A stretch of DNA of 63,894 nucleotides, the filler included, from Octopus bimaculoides (Eukaryota): the NCBI RefSeq assembly GCF_001194135.2. It is 4 parts of 4 records of this genome, joined end to end, with 100 filler letters (N's around TTAATTAATTAA, not from the genome) between each part and the next. Parts side by side here need not be neighbours in the genome. Positions count along the whole stretch, not along the records: positions 40,127 to 61,831 come from NC_068985.1; positions 61,932 to 63,894 come from NW_026344211.1; 2 more parts are not named here. One strand, given 5' to 3'. Of this stretch, positions 52,709 through 63,894 are shown piece by piece. The notes under the pieces were generated by a model. It searched no databases and was not told the DNA's origin. It saw nothing but the letters and a program-made list of their open reading frames with translations. A program made the position numbers and the translations under genes. The number at the start of each line of letters is the position of its first letter. Within the stretch, counting starts at the first letter, position 1.

Positions 52709-52949
52709 TACTTTCTTTCTCTTTTGCAAATCTCAGAACTTTCACAATTCACATTTATTACAGACAATATGTCATCAGTGTAATTTTGTCAACTGTCTTC
52801 TGTCAGCTCCACTGTTCACTGTTAATAGTTCATTAAGTTTGTAATGTCATTCACCATAAAATATGACTGCTATTATCAGAAAAGAACCTGCTGCTCTTAG
52901 GCATTGGCTTTCATATCCAGAAGAATCAATGGGAATCTTGGAAGTGGGA

Positions 52950-53200
52950 GTCACCTGTTTTCGAGAGTTTTCAAATCCTACCTAACCTGGGACTTGGTTC
53001 CTGAAGTTGATATTAGTAGGATTTAGATAAGATTGGAGTAGATTGATGACGGGTAATTTTCCGCAGGAGTGCTTTGGTTAAGTTGAGGAATGCTGGCAAG
53101 ACTTGGAGTGATAACGTTTAAAAATGTCCTCGAAAGTCCTTGGTTTCAGATGTAGAATGTTGGATCAGATCAAAAGAACAACTGAAAAATTTTAAAGCAT
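52950..53200 (-). mobile_element. CR1/L2-type RT start remnant
   Basis: gaaaattacccgtcatcaatctactccaatcttatctaaa reads, with frameshifts, like ENYRPINLLPILSK. Confidence 0.4.
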
Positions 53201-53619
53201 TTGGGGAATAATAGCCACCGCATTTCTTCGTATGTTCTTTCAATGATGAACACATTTCCCTCATTTCTTTCGGTGTGTGAACATCAGTTTTAAGTTCATC
53301 CAGGTTTTCGAATTGATAAAAGCAGTTTCCACTTTCTCTGGGAATTCTCCCCCATAAGTAATCTATTAGTTTTCACTGTTTTTAATATATTAGTGAAAAT
53401 ATGCTGTATATCTACTTATTTCAAGGAGTTGCTGCTCCATGTAAAAGTGCTAAATGTGCTATAAATTACAACTGTAATCAAGTGGTCAAGCATTAAAAAA
53501 TGATATTCTTATAGTAAGAATAATATTTATTAATAAGAATCTTATTATAAGGGAAAATTTTCTTCAACTTCATTACTACTTAAAATTCAGATTTTTAAAA
53601 CAGGAACACATATACGTAT

Positions 53620-53691
<72 letters not shown>

Positions 53692-54544
53692 ACACGGACA
53701 CACACACAAACACACACACACGCACACAAACACACACACATTACATAAAATGTATAATATACATGCATATACACAGATATATCTTATAAGTATGAATATA
53801 TGCATACGTAGTTGTATATAATACACACCACATATATATACGCGCGCAATATTTCAAAAGTAGCTTCCTTCTATAAAGTTATATATTTAAAATTGTTCTC
53901 CCTCAACAGTAGACTTCGCTAAGTAGAAGTTTCCATTCGCAATCATGATTAAGTTAATTTTCTCATTATATTACAGTTTCGGGGCATAGTTTAACAGTTT
54001 CTCAGAAAACTTACATAGTGTGATAATTTACGATGTGACATTTGGTTGGGTACACACCTTAATGTTAAACTGAAAAGAAGAAGAAAAAAAAACACGAATC
54101 CGCTCGTTTAACGACAACACTGGTGCTGATATTGATGACAATTTATTTAACATATAAGTGTCTTCCTTCTCTTGGGACTTTAATATTTCGTTTGTATTAA
54201 CCTTTTAATAATTCATGATTATATTTAACTCACAGAAATAATTACTGCTTCCCTTCATATAATTCACGTTTTCTCTTTATGTCCTCTACATCAGAGAGTC
54301 GTAGACATGGAATTGTGTCAATTCGTACACAGCCTATTGAACTAAAGCTAAACTGAAGCAAGAACAATGAAAATATGCCTTGTAAAGGATAATTGTTTGA
54401 GCGATACACGACATACAAAGCAATTGAACGGTTTAGTTTTCTCAAAATAAATATTCCTTACTTGTGAAATAGAAATGCATATTATTTAAATCTGTAAATA
54501 AATTATGCAATTGTGGAGAATCTACACGGTCAGTCACCTATCAG

Positions 54545-54720
54545 AAATAGCAGTCAAATATCTCTCAAATCACACCCTGCTGTCTTAGAAAGAAGGGTAA
54601 TAATAGATGTGATCCTAGGTAGGCTGTGTTATAAAAAATACAGAATAGGAGTGGCTGTCAAGCCTTTCATCATATGTTTGTTTGGTCAGAATAGACCTAG
54701 GGCAAAACAGCTAGCGTCTA
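54545..54720 (+). mobile_element. Dispersed repeat family D
   Basis: caaatcacaccctgctgtcttagaaag...gacctagggcaaaacag; related to 50870-51030. Confidence 0.5.
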
Positions 54721-55019
54721 AAGATGTTAAATGTGTTGTTGTTCTTGATAATAATGATGTTAATAAGATTATAATTTTTCGAACTATTAGCCTCACCTTT
54801 AAATAGGGATCTTTTGAATATTGACATCTATACTGTCGGTGTTTTAAAACCTGCAAGAAAAGTTCTGGTGGTCAGGGATTTCGTTCTAGCAGACCATCAC
54901 ATCAAGTGCCGACAAGGTGCTTGGATACTGGGAAGGAGACATTTAGGAGCAATAAATATCTGCTGTCTCGTGGAACATGATCAACTGGAGAAAATAAGTA
55001 AAATCAAAAGAGAACAATA

Positions 55020-55300
55020 GAATGACGTACACACATGGAAACAACTTTACAGTGTATGCAGACACCTGAATGGGCACGTAAAGACGGATCGTAAGGAGGA
55101 ACAGGATGGCGTGGCAGAGGAAGAAACACTTGAGAGAAATAATGCTGCATGTCTATATTGAACTGTGCAGTGAATGAACAGGAAAAAGCAGGAAGTGGTT
55201 CTTGAGTGAGGATGCTAATGAGTGAAGGGCAGTCAACCCAATGGGAGGAACATTTCCATGAAGTACTAAAGTAGCTAGATTCCGTCAAGGTTTTGACTTC
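55020..55300 (+). mobile_element. RTE-clade LINE remnant (EN-RT linker)
   Basis: AEEETLERNN..LY and GQSTQWEEHFHEVLK (cf. RW.EHF.ELLN). Confidence 0.45.
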
Positions 55301-55728
55301 ACTCATGAGAGTCTTGTTGGTGACTGATGAGTAAGAAGCCACGAAAGCCATTCGTCACACGAAGTATTACCAGACAGCAGGATTAAACAAGTTCAGAAGT
55401 TAAACAAATTGAGAATGGAGAAAATGATATCACAAGAGTTGGAACGCTTTTAATAATTATATGGCATTCTGGTGCTAGTTAAGTAGTATGCTAGGAAATA
55501 TTAAAGAAATAACTGATGTAATGCTATATCACCAAACACTAACATGGCTTTTCTAAGCAAAGAATAAATCTAGGAATATCATTGGCTACGTTGGACATCT
55601 ATGAGATGTAAAAGGAAGTAAATGAATTAGGCGTTGATTAGTTAATATTGAGAGAAAGAATAGCAAAGGTATTTGGGTATAACATGAAAGCACTTAACCA
55701 TAAATTGATGGCTCTTCAACAGAAATGT

Positions 55729-55980
55729 TTAAGACAATTGCAACAAGAGAGGGAGGGGGAAAACATTTAATGAGAAAAAATGCTTGACATCAGTCTCTAT
55801 AGGAATGATATCCACCATGTTACCACCGACATTGACCCGTGCTCCATGCCATCGTGAAATGATTTTAATTATCGATACAAAGTGATACAGACAACCAAGT
55901 TTGTCGAATATTTTCCACAGAGAGGTCCTATTCACATCATCGAAGACTTTGGTTGAATCAATGAAAACTTGCACAAAATT
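55729..55980 (-). mobile_element. RTE-clade RT remnant
   Basis: FIDSTKVFDDVNRTSLWKIFDKLGC...ARVNVGG..IPIETDVK (cf. FIDLTKAFDTVNR..LWKIL.K.GC..GVKQG). Confidence 0.8.
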
Positions 55981-56141
55981 AATACTTCTGCATTTATCTA
56001 ACTATGAAAATCGTATCCATTGTTCCTCTAACAGAACGGAAGCCACATTGAGATTCAGATAGGACGTCATTTACAAGTTATTTCCTAAGACGATCAAAAC
56101 GAATACAAATATATGTATGTGCATACATGTGTGTGTGTATG

Positions 56142-56173
<32 letters not shown>

Positions 56174-56178
56174 CATGC

Positions 56179-56216
<38 letters not shown>

Positions 56217-56326
56217 AAAATGAACGTCTGTGTGTGTGAGTGTGAGTGTGAGTCTCTGTGTGTGTGTATGTGTGTGTGTGTGTGCGCGCGCGCGCGTGTC
56301 CATCTATAGCAAGAAAGGCTACTGCA

Positions 56327-56965
56327 TCTATATAAAAACTAAAAGCTAATTCTTGTATAAAATTTTACGCCGACGAGAATGGAAGTGGTCCCATGTCTCT
56401 AGCAGCCCTCTGAAGGGAGCTACTGGCCCTTTTCCAATATGTAGATATCGCAATTTCAAAATTAATGAAGGGTCTAAGGGATATAACTAAATAAAATTCG
56501 GCACCAAAGAACATTACTGTGAATGATTTAAATTAAAGTTTGCCAGGAAATGAACATGCTTACAAATCTATAAACTCTGTTGTTAATGAATCTGAAATTG
56601 TCAATTAGCCCGTTGACTTCTTAAACTCACTGATGTCACAAGGAGCTCCTCCTCATTGCCTTCCATTGAATATAGGCGTTCCATCTATGCCTCTGATGAA
56701 CTTTTCTCAACAAAGCTGTACAATGGCACAAGACTTGTTGTGAAGAAATTAACGAGAAATGTCATAGAGGCCACAATAATTTCTGTATGTGGAAAAGGCG
56801 AGGATATCTTTATTCCTCGCTTACATTTAATACCTTCCAATATGCCCATCCATTTCACACTTTCATTTTCCAATACGTCTGTCTTTTGCGATGTCCATTA
56901 AGTTCCAACATCAAACTTTGAAAGTTACTGCTTTGCAATTAGAGGCGGACTGTCTTTCACACAGT
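56327..56965 (+). mobile_element. Helitron remnant: PIF1-like helicase C-terminal motifs plus a possible 5' TC end
   Basis: APKNITV, DFLNSL...[53 protein letters not shown]|TCTATATAAAA at 56326-56337. Confidence 0.85.
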
Positions 56966-56991
56966 CGCTCCTGTGCCTATATATATGTGTA

Positions 56992-57119
<128 letters not shown>

Positions 57120-57699
57120 TGGGTGAGGAAGATAGATCAATCGATAGATAGATATACTTAAACATAGCAGCAACTGTAGTGAAATACTGACGCCATTATG
57201 ACTATAACACTACAAAACACTTTTATTATTGTAATACGTATTCAAACGTGACAGCGAATTGACAGAGTCACTCGAGATTTGGAGGTGATGCCTTGCAGTG
57301 TTTACTTTGTCTCTTTCCATTCTGAGTTTAAATGTCACGTGACCTACTTGGTTAGGAGATATAATCCGTCGCCCTGTTAAATATACCCACGAGTCCTTTG
57401 AGTCTCTAAGCGGAAACCTCCCTGCTGGAAGCATTTGGAACAGGTTTCTAGTTTAAGGATGCCCTTCTTTATCCCTCCACCAGTCTCAGAAACTTCATAA
57501 AGGGTCATGAGTGACTTTCCTTCCGACTAAGAGGTAAAAATATCCAAAATATCCTCCGACTAAGAGGTAAAAATATCCATAAAACCGTTTGTTTTTCACC
57601 AGGCATTGTACCAACTCTCCAACAGATATATAGTTGATCTGAGTGATTAGGCAATATATATATTTGATCGAACTGTTGAGGCAAGATATAAATGGCACA

Positions 57700-58115
57700 A
57701 GAACAACAAGTTTAGATGGCGGGTTTAATCAATTACATCGATCCGAGTGCTCAACTGGTACTTATTTTATCGATCCCGAAAGAATGAAAGGCATCGTCAA
57801 CCTTGGCGGAATTTGAACTCTGAACATAAAGTCGGAAGAAATGCCTCTAAGCATTTTGTCTGGCGTGCTAACGATTCTACCAGCTCGCCGTCATAATTTA
57901 CTGATAATAATGTGTTTCAAATTTTGGCACAAGGCCAGCAAGTTCGGGGGAAGAGGTAAGTCGATTACATAGACCCCATTGCTCAATTGATACTTATTTT
58001 ATCGACCCCGAAAAGATGAAAGGCAAAATCGACCTCGCACACATTCGATCTCAGAACGTAACGTTGGACGAAATGCCGCTAAACATTTTTGTCCAGCGAT
58101 CTAACGATTCAACAA
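57700..58115 (-). mobile_element. Two tandem SINE family A copies (about 57700-57890 and 57915-58115)
   Basis: Repeated ctggtacttattttatcga(t/c)cccgaaa..gatgaaaggca in reverse orientation. Confidence 0.85.
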
Positions 58116-59800
58116 ACTTGCTGTCTTATTCATAGCGTGTCATAAATATTAGTAACATTGCTGAATTACATATATAATTAGATCTTTGTTCTAAGAATGA
58201 ATTTAAATCAAATAACAGTTGCCATATACACGTGGGTTCCATATTTTTATATTATTAATTGTAATATTTTGTTAAAATAATTGTTAATCTATGAAACATT
58301 TACCAACAGACAACGAAAAAGAGAGTCTTGTCTATAGTTATCTATTAAGAACAATAATATTTTATACCTTAGCAACTAATGAATGTTGCCATAGTTTATA
58401 TTGAAGTTTGTGTGTAGTTCGCATGTGGTAAATATGCGCACAGTATGTGTACACAAAACTTAATATGTAGCTGTGTATTGTTGTATAAGATAGGGTCATA
58501 TAACTGTGGGACTTATCGCACCGTACTGAATGTAGGCACGCAATGAGAACTTAGAGAAAAGGTAAATTATAAACTGTTCTTGACCTGAATGAGAAAAGTT
58601 GATTCAGTTGTTGTCTGCTACGGTGACCCACTACAGAGATATAAACGAGACCTATATTTCTTTGTCATTTTAAAACAGTTAATTGATAAAGTTTTTATAA
58701 AGTGTGATAAAAGTAGGGAAATATCGAAGTTTTCCACGTTATTATTTTAAGAAATAAAATAATGTAGGAATATAACCTTCATAAATAAAAGTCTAAAATA
58801 ATCTGTGTTTTGGTAAAAATCTAATGTTTTACAGTTCTATACTTAAGAGATGAGGAATTATGTACATTATTTACATTATTTACAATATCCGTCAAATGTA
58901 AATAATGTAACTAATGTTTTGTCTAGAACGATAACACTTGTTTTCCATACCCATAATATCGATTATCGACATGTGTCATTGATATCAATGTGAAATTAGT
59001 GTTGTAGATTAGTGTCTAATTTAATTGTATTCTATTGTATACTTGGACTATGTCTATATTTCATATTAATCTAGTACAGCAGTTTACTGTTAGTTCACTG
59101 TCCTTTTATCAAGATTTTCACTATAACGTATGTAACGAATAACGTATCTATTCATTCATTATACGTTCTGGCAGATCCGAACGTGGATATTTGGTCGCTG
59201 TTGTTATTCATCATCAGAGAACATCTCTCTTTAGACGATGTGAGTTTACAACATATTCAATTCAACGGTGTAAGGGGCTTTGAGACATCGCGGTATTACT
59301 TGTTTCTGAAGTCAAAGCTACCTCAGAACACTGAACCTAACAAGAGTACAGGCTCTTGTTTATAGAAATCAGCAAGCATATTTTTACTGGTGCATGCTGA
59401 TGACTCCCAAACATATAGTAATTCATCAAGCGCATGCATAACGTCGAATTTGTTCGAACATATTGAGAATGAATAAATACGTTATTGTTTGGATTCTGCG
59501 TTCATTTCATAAATTACTTTGAAATTGATGTTTAACTGTAGTCATTTTCGGTTCACAACTAGCAACTCAACAAACACAGAGTCAACAGTAAATAATCTAA
59601 ATGATGTAGTTAAGGTCCGTATATGGAAAGATGTCTGTATTATCGATACAGCTTGACGTTCATTGTGACTCTATAATAACCAAGCAGGTGATGGAATTAA
59701 TTTTCCTCATTTTCTTGTTTGTATTGAGAGTAATTCACATAATGAAATCTTTAATTACTTCTTCCAATCACCTGCATCAGTCACAGCCATATTACAATCA

Positions 59801-59948
59801 ATGAGTTAGATGTAATCAGTAAATTAGATATAGTTAACTAGTGAAAAAGTAGTTAATGAACTACACATAATTCACTAACTACACCTAGTTCATTAACTAC
59901 TATTTCACTAGTTAACTATATCTAATTTACTAATTACATCTAACTCAT
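59801..59948. repeat. Near-perfect inverted repeat: 63-bp arms, 22-nt spacer
   Basis: Arms 59801-59863 and 59886-59948 differ at 2 of 63 positions. Confidence 0.9.
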
Positions 59949-60195
59949 CAGTTAACTATTTTTTCATTAATTAAGTTTGCCTAATTCGCTAAAGACACCT
60001 AGCTCACTAATTAACTATTATTTCAGTAATTAACCGTAACTAATTCTCTAATTAACCACACCTAACCCACTAATTAATTACAATTACTCCACAAATTAGC
60101 TACGGCTAATTCACTAATTTATCACACGTAGATCACTAATCAACAACACCTAGTTCGCTAATTAACTACATCTAGTTCGCTGCTTAACTACTATA
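59865..60195 (+). repeat. Degenerate minisatellite of about 22 bp (approx. ctaattaactacacctagttca)
   Basis: Recurrent cactaattaac / acacctag / ttcgctaattaactac units. Confidence 0.7.
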
Positions 60196-61432
60196 AGTTC
60201 TCTCATTAATTTGATCTAAGTTTTCTTTCCTATGTACAATTTCAACAGAATTTTTCAACCGATAGGCGGTTTTCGCTAATTAAATTTGATAATCGATATA
60301 ATGGTGCCTTTTATCTTGTTATTTAACGTTGGTTTAACAGTAACTAAATGCACCTTGTTAGATGCTTGTTGTTGTTGTTGTTGCTTTGCTGTATATGGGT
60401 CTCAATATGTTTATTTATATTGTTTGTTAGGTGTTTGTTGTTGGTAGTGGTGGGTCTCGTTTATTTGCTAAGAGTTGTGTTCTCTATGTATCTCATGAAC
60501 CTGACTGATCTATAGAATGAAAACAAATATAGGTTCGCACGTAGCCACACCGGAAGCACAAAAAACGCCCACTCGGGAAGATAATCACTACGAATAAAAA
60601 AAAAACGGCTACTATTTTTCTTTTTTTTTCTTTTTTTTTTGCTGATGTTTTCTTTGAAAGTCTGTCTGAAGACCGGTGCAAAGATTGTTTAATGAGCACA
60701 ATAGAACTATAGTATAATAGACAGTCACTTGGATCGGGCTTTGTATGTATGTATGTATGTATGTATGTATGTATGTATGTCTCTTCTATTTTTTAATGTA
60801 TGTATGTATGTCTCCTCTATTTTTTAATGTATGTATGTGTGTAAGTGCATAGACATGTTTTTGCTAATTTATTCTTACCGGGTCGTATAATGGAATATTA
60901 TGTTATTTTCTGTTATTTTATGACCTGACATATGTACATCCTAATTTGTAACTTCCGGGTGAGCGATCAGAGAAAAGTTGGATTCATGTCGAAAAACAAT
61001 TGAATCCCCAACCAATTGTAAATTGTCCGCTGGGCCACCTTGTTTAAGTTTGGAATATTCGCTCGACCATATTAATCAATGAAAGCCTATTGTTAAAGAG
61101 TTTATGAATAAGAGGAAACAAGCGAGATTTGTTTGCGACCTAAATGATGTTGCGAAATTTGATCGGAATGTAAGAGGAGGCGCCGTGTAGATATCCGATA
61201 TATCACTATTTGCTAGTAAAAGATTTTATGTGACAAAAGAAACAGAGAACAACGAAGATTAGTCTCATATAAATATTACTTTAAATGTGACTACGTATTT
61301 CGCTTTGAAGAAAAATCATCTTGAATATAATTTCTAGATTTCATTCCACATAATTGTACAAGTAAAATATATATGGACTTATGATGTAAATATACCAAAA
61401 TTTAGCAGGGTCAACCTAAGTACATGGCATAA

Positions 61433-61667
61433 AGGCGGCGAGCTGGCAAAAACGTTAGCACGCCGGGAGAAATGCTTAGCGGTATTTCGCCTGCGTTCTG
61501 AGTTCCGAGTTCAAATTCCGCCGAGGTCGACTTAGCCTTTCATCTTTTCGGGGTCGATTAAATAAGTATCAGTTACGCACTGGGGTCGATGTAATCGACT
61601 TAATCCCTTTGTCTCTCCTTGTTTGTCCCCTCTATGTTTAGCCACTCGTGGGCAATAAAGAAATAAG
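61433..61667 (+). mobile_element. SINE family A head and body with an alternative 3' tail
   Basis: ggcggcgagctggcaaaaacg head; tail tttgtcccctctatgtttagcc..gggcaataaagaaataag instead of the usual ccaaaatttcgggcc..(ATT)n. Confidence 0.85.
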
Positions 61668-61799
61668 AAACGTTAGCATGCCGGACGAAGTACTTAGCAG
61701 TATTTCGCCCGGGGTCGACAAGTTAAGTATCAGTTGCGTACTGAGGTCGATCAAATCCCTTCACCCGAAATTTCAGGCCTTCTGCCTATAGTAAAAAGG

Positions 61800-61831
<32 letters not shown>
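61666..61831 (+). mobile_element. SINE family A with an internal deletion and (ATT)n tail
   Basis: gtatttcgccc is joined directly to ggggtcgac; standard tail. Confidence 0.75.
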
Positions 61832-61931
61832 NNNNNNNNNNNNNNNNNNNNNNNNNNNNNNNNNNNNNNNNNNNNTTAATTAATTAANNNNNNNNNNNNN
61901 NNNNNNNNNNNNNNNNNNNNNNNNNNNNNNN

Positions 61932-61982
61932 TTGATCGGATCAACTGGAACCCTCGACGTCTTAAGCGACGGAGTGCCAACT
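61932..61982 (+). mobile_element. SINE family C2 3' end
   Basis: gatcaactggaaccctcgacgtcttaagcgacggagtgccaac. Confidence 0.75.
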
Positions 61983-63416
61983 ATACAGCCATGCCTGTGC
62001 TTACACTTGCTAAATTTGGCTTTGTTTCCCATATACATTTTGGACCCTGTAATTCTTATTGAAGTGGGGGACACGTGGATGGAACCTGTACCTTAGTTTG
62101 TATTCCTCTTGTTTGAAAAAGTGTACAGAGTATGGACAATGGGGTGCGTTGCGAAATCGAGAATATTTAAAACAACAACTATGGGAGAAGAAGAATCCAT
62201 GAAATAACCCCTGCAGTATATCAGAAGAATATTTGTAAAACCCCTGGATGCAAATGATCTTCTTCATCGTCTTCATGATCAAGACAGGGAACGCTGAAGC
62301 TGGCATCGATTAGAACACTCACATCACTTCTTTTATACATGGAGCTAACGTAAGTATAAACCTACAAAAGCAGGACAATTAAACACATACAATACTTTTA
62401 CATATAAACATAAACTTACACGTACATATACACACAATTACAGACACACACACACACACACACACAGTCACACACACACACACANNNNNNNNNNNNNNNN
62501 NNNNNNNNNNNNNNNNNNNNNNNNNNNNNNNNNNNNNNNNNNNNNNNNNNNNNNNNNNNNNNNNNNNNNNNNNNNNNNNNNNNNNNNNNNNNNNNNNNNN
62601 NNNNNNNNNNNNNNNNNNNNNNNNNNNNNNNNNNNNNNNNNNNNNNNNNNNNNNNNNNNNNNNNNNNNNNNNNNNNNNNNNNNNNNNNNNNNNNNNNNNN
62701 NNNNNNNNNNNNNNNNNNNNNNNNNNNNNNNNNNNNNNNNNNNNNNNNNNNNNNNNNNNNNNNNNNNNNNNNNNNNNNNNNNNNNNNNNNNNNNNNNNNN
62801 NNNNNNNNNNNNNNNNNNNNNNNNNNNNNNNNNNNNNNNNNNNNNNNNNNNNNNNNNNNNNNNNNNNNNNNNNNNNNNNNNNNNNNNNNNNNNNNNNNNN
62901 NNNNNNNNNNNNNNNNNNNNNNNNNNNNNNNNNNNNNNNNNNNNNNNNNNNNNNNNNNNNNNNNNNNNNNNNNNNNNNNNNNNNNNNNNNNNNNNNNNNN
63001 NNNNNNNNNNNNNNNNNNNNNNNNNNNNNNNNNNNNNNNNNNNNNNNNNNNNNNNNNNNNNNNNNNNNNNNNNNNNNNNNNNNNNNNNNNNNNNNNNNNN
63101 NNNNNNNNNNNNNNNNNNNNNNNNNNNNNNNNNNNNNNNNNNNNNNNNNNNNNNNNNNNNNNNNNNNNNNNNNNNNNNNNNNNNNNNNNNNNNNNNNNNN
63201 NNNNNNNNNNNNNNNNNNNNNNNNNNNNNNNNNNNNNNNNNNNNNNNNNNNNNNNNNNNNNNNNNNNNNNNNNNNNNNNNNNNNNNNNNNNNNNNNNNNN
63301 NNNNNNNNNNNNNNNNNNNNNNNNNNNNNNNNNNNNNNNNNNNNNNNNNNNNNNNNNNNNNNNNNNNNNNNNNNNNNNNNNNNNNNNNNNNNNNNNNNNN
63401 NNNNNNNNNNNNNNNN

Positions 63417-63448
<32 letters not shown>

Positions 63449-63582
63449 ATGGGTGTTTAGTTCACAAGTGATCTAAACGATTAGGTGCGCTAGGTAAGTG
63501 CTGTAACGCATAACTAGGGCTCGAAGCTTATAGCCGAGACTATAGTTATGGAGTCATTGCAGATTTCCGATATAGCGGATAT

Positions 63583-63673
63583 TTATTATTGGAAAAAATT
63601 GAAAGACTTACAGCTGGGATATCCCAGAGTGGGATATTCCAGCTGTAAGACTTTGAATTTTTTCCAATAATAA
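63583..63673. repeat. Hairpin with arms of about 44 bp and a 3-nt loop
   Basis: tattattggaaaaaattgaaagacttacagctgggatatccca-gag-tgggatattccagctgtaagactttgaattttttccaataata. Confidence 0.9.
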
Positions 63674-63799
63674 TAGCGTATATGACTTAAATACCCGAGT
63701 ATTCAAATGGTATTTACTTTATCTATCCCGGAAGGATGAAAGCTATAATGGACTTCGGGAGAATTTGATGAAATGCCGCAAAGCATTTCTTTTCTACTC

Positions 63800-63894
63800 T
63801 AGGCAAAAGGAACGAAATTTTTGGGGAGGGGGCTAGTCGATTACATCGACCTCAGTATGCAACTGGTACTTAATTTATCGACCTCGAAAGGATG
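63800..63894 (-). mobile_element. SINE family A, truncated by the window end
   Basis: ttttggggagggggctagtcgattacatcgacc..actggtacttaatttatcgacc. Confidence 0.8.

Noticed and set aside
57520-57580. Two copies of tccgactaagaggtaaaaatatcc
   Set aside because: A simple local tandem duplication with no spacer array; not CRISPR-like.

Overview
AT-rich, microsatellite-saturated, gapped animal DNA. The SINE families and repeat landscape look like a coleoid cephalopod, most likely Octopus (inferred from recalled repeat families, not verified). I found no host gene that I can recognise with confidence, and no rRNA, true tRNA or CRISPR. Most long ORFs in the track come from N-runs or microsatellites. 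The window is a transposon graveyard: a large decayed Dong/R4-clade LINE plus smaller R4 pieces, Tx1/L1, CR1/L2, RTE and Penelope-like remnants, a near full-length dead mariner and a mariner MITE, hAT and Helitron fragments, and more than 20 tRNA-derived SINE copies from several modular families. The most notable observations are: (1) two copies of a GGATC-ended TIR element with exact 8-bp TSDs, one carrying head-to-head TTAGGG/CCCTAA arrays; (2) a minimal hammerhead-ribozyme-like motif in a Penelope-type terminus; (3) R4/Dong junctions that sit directly on (TAA)n; (4) several long near-perfect hairpins; (5) a weakly supported set of minus-strand candidate exons.
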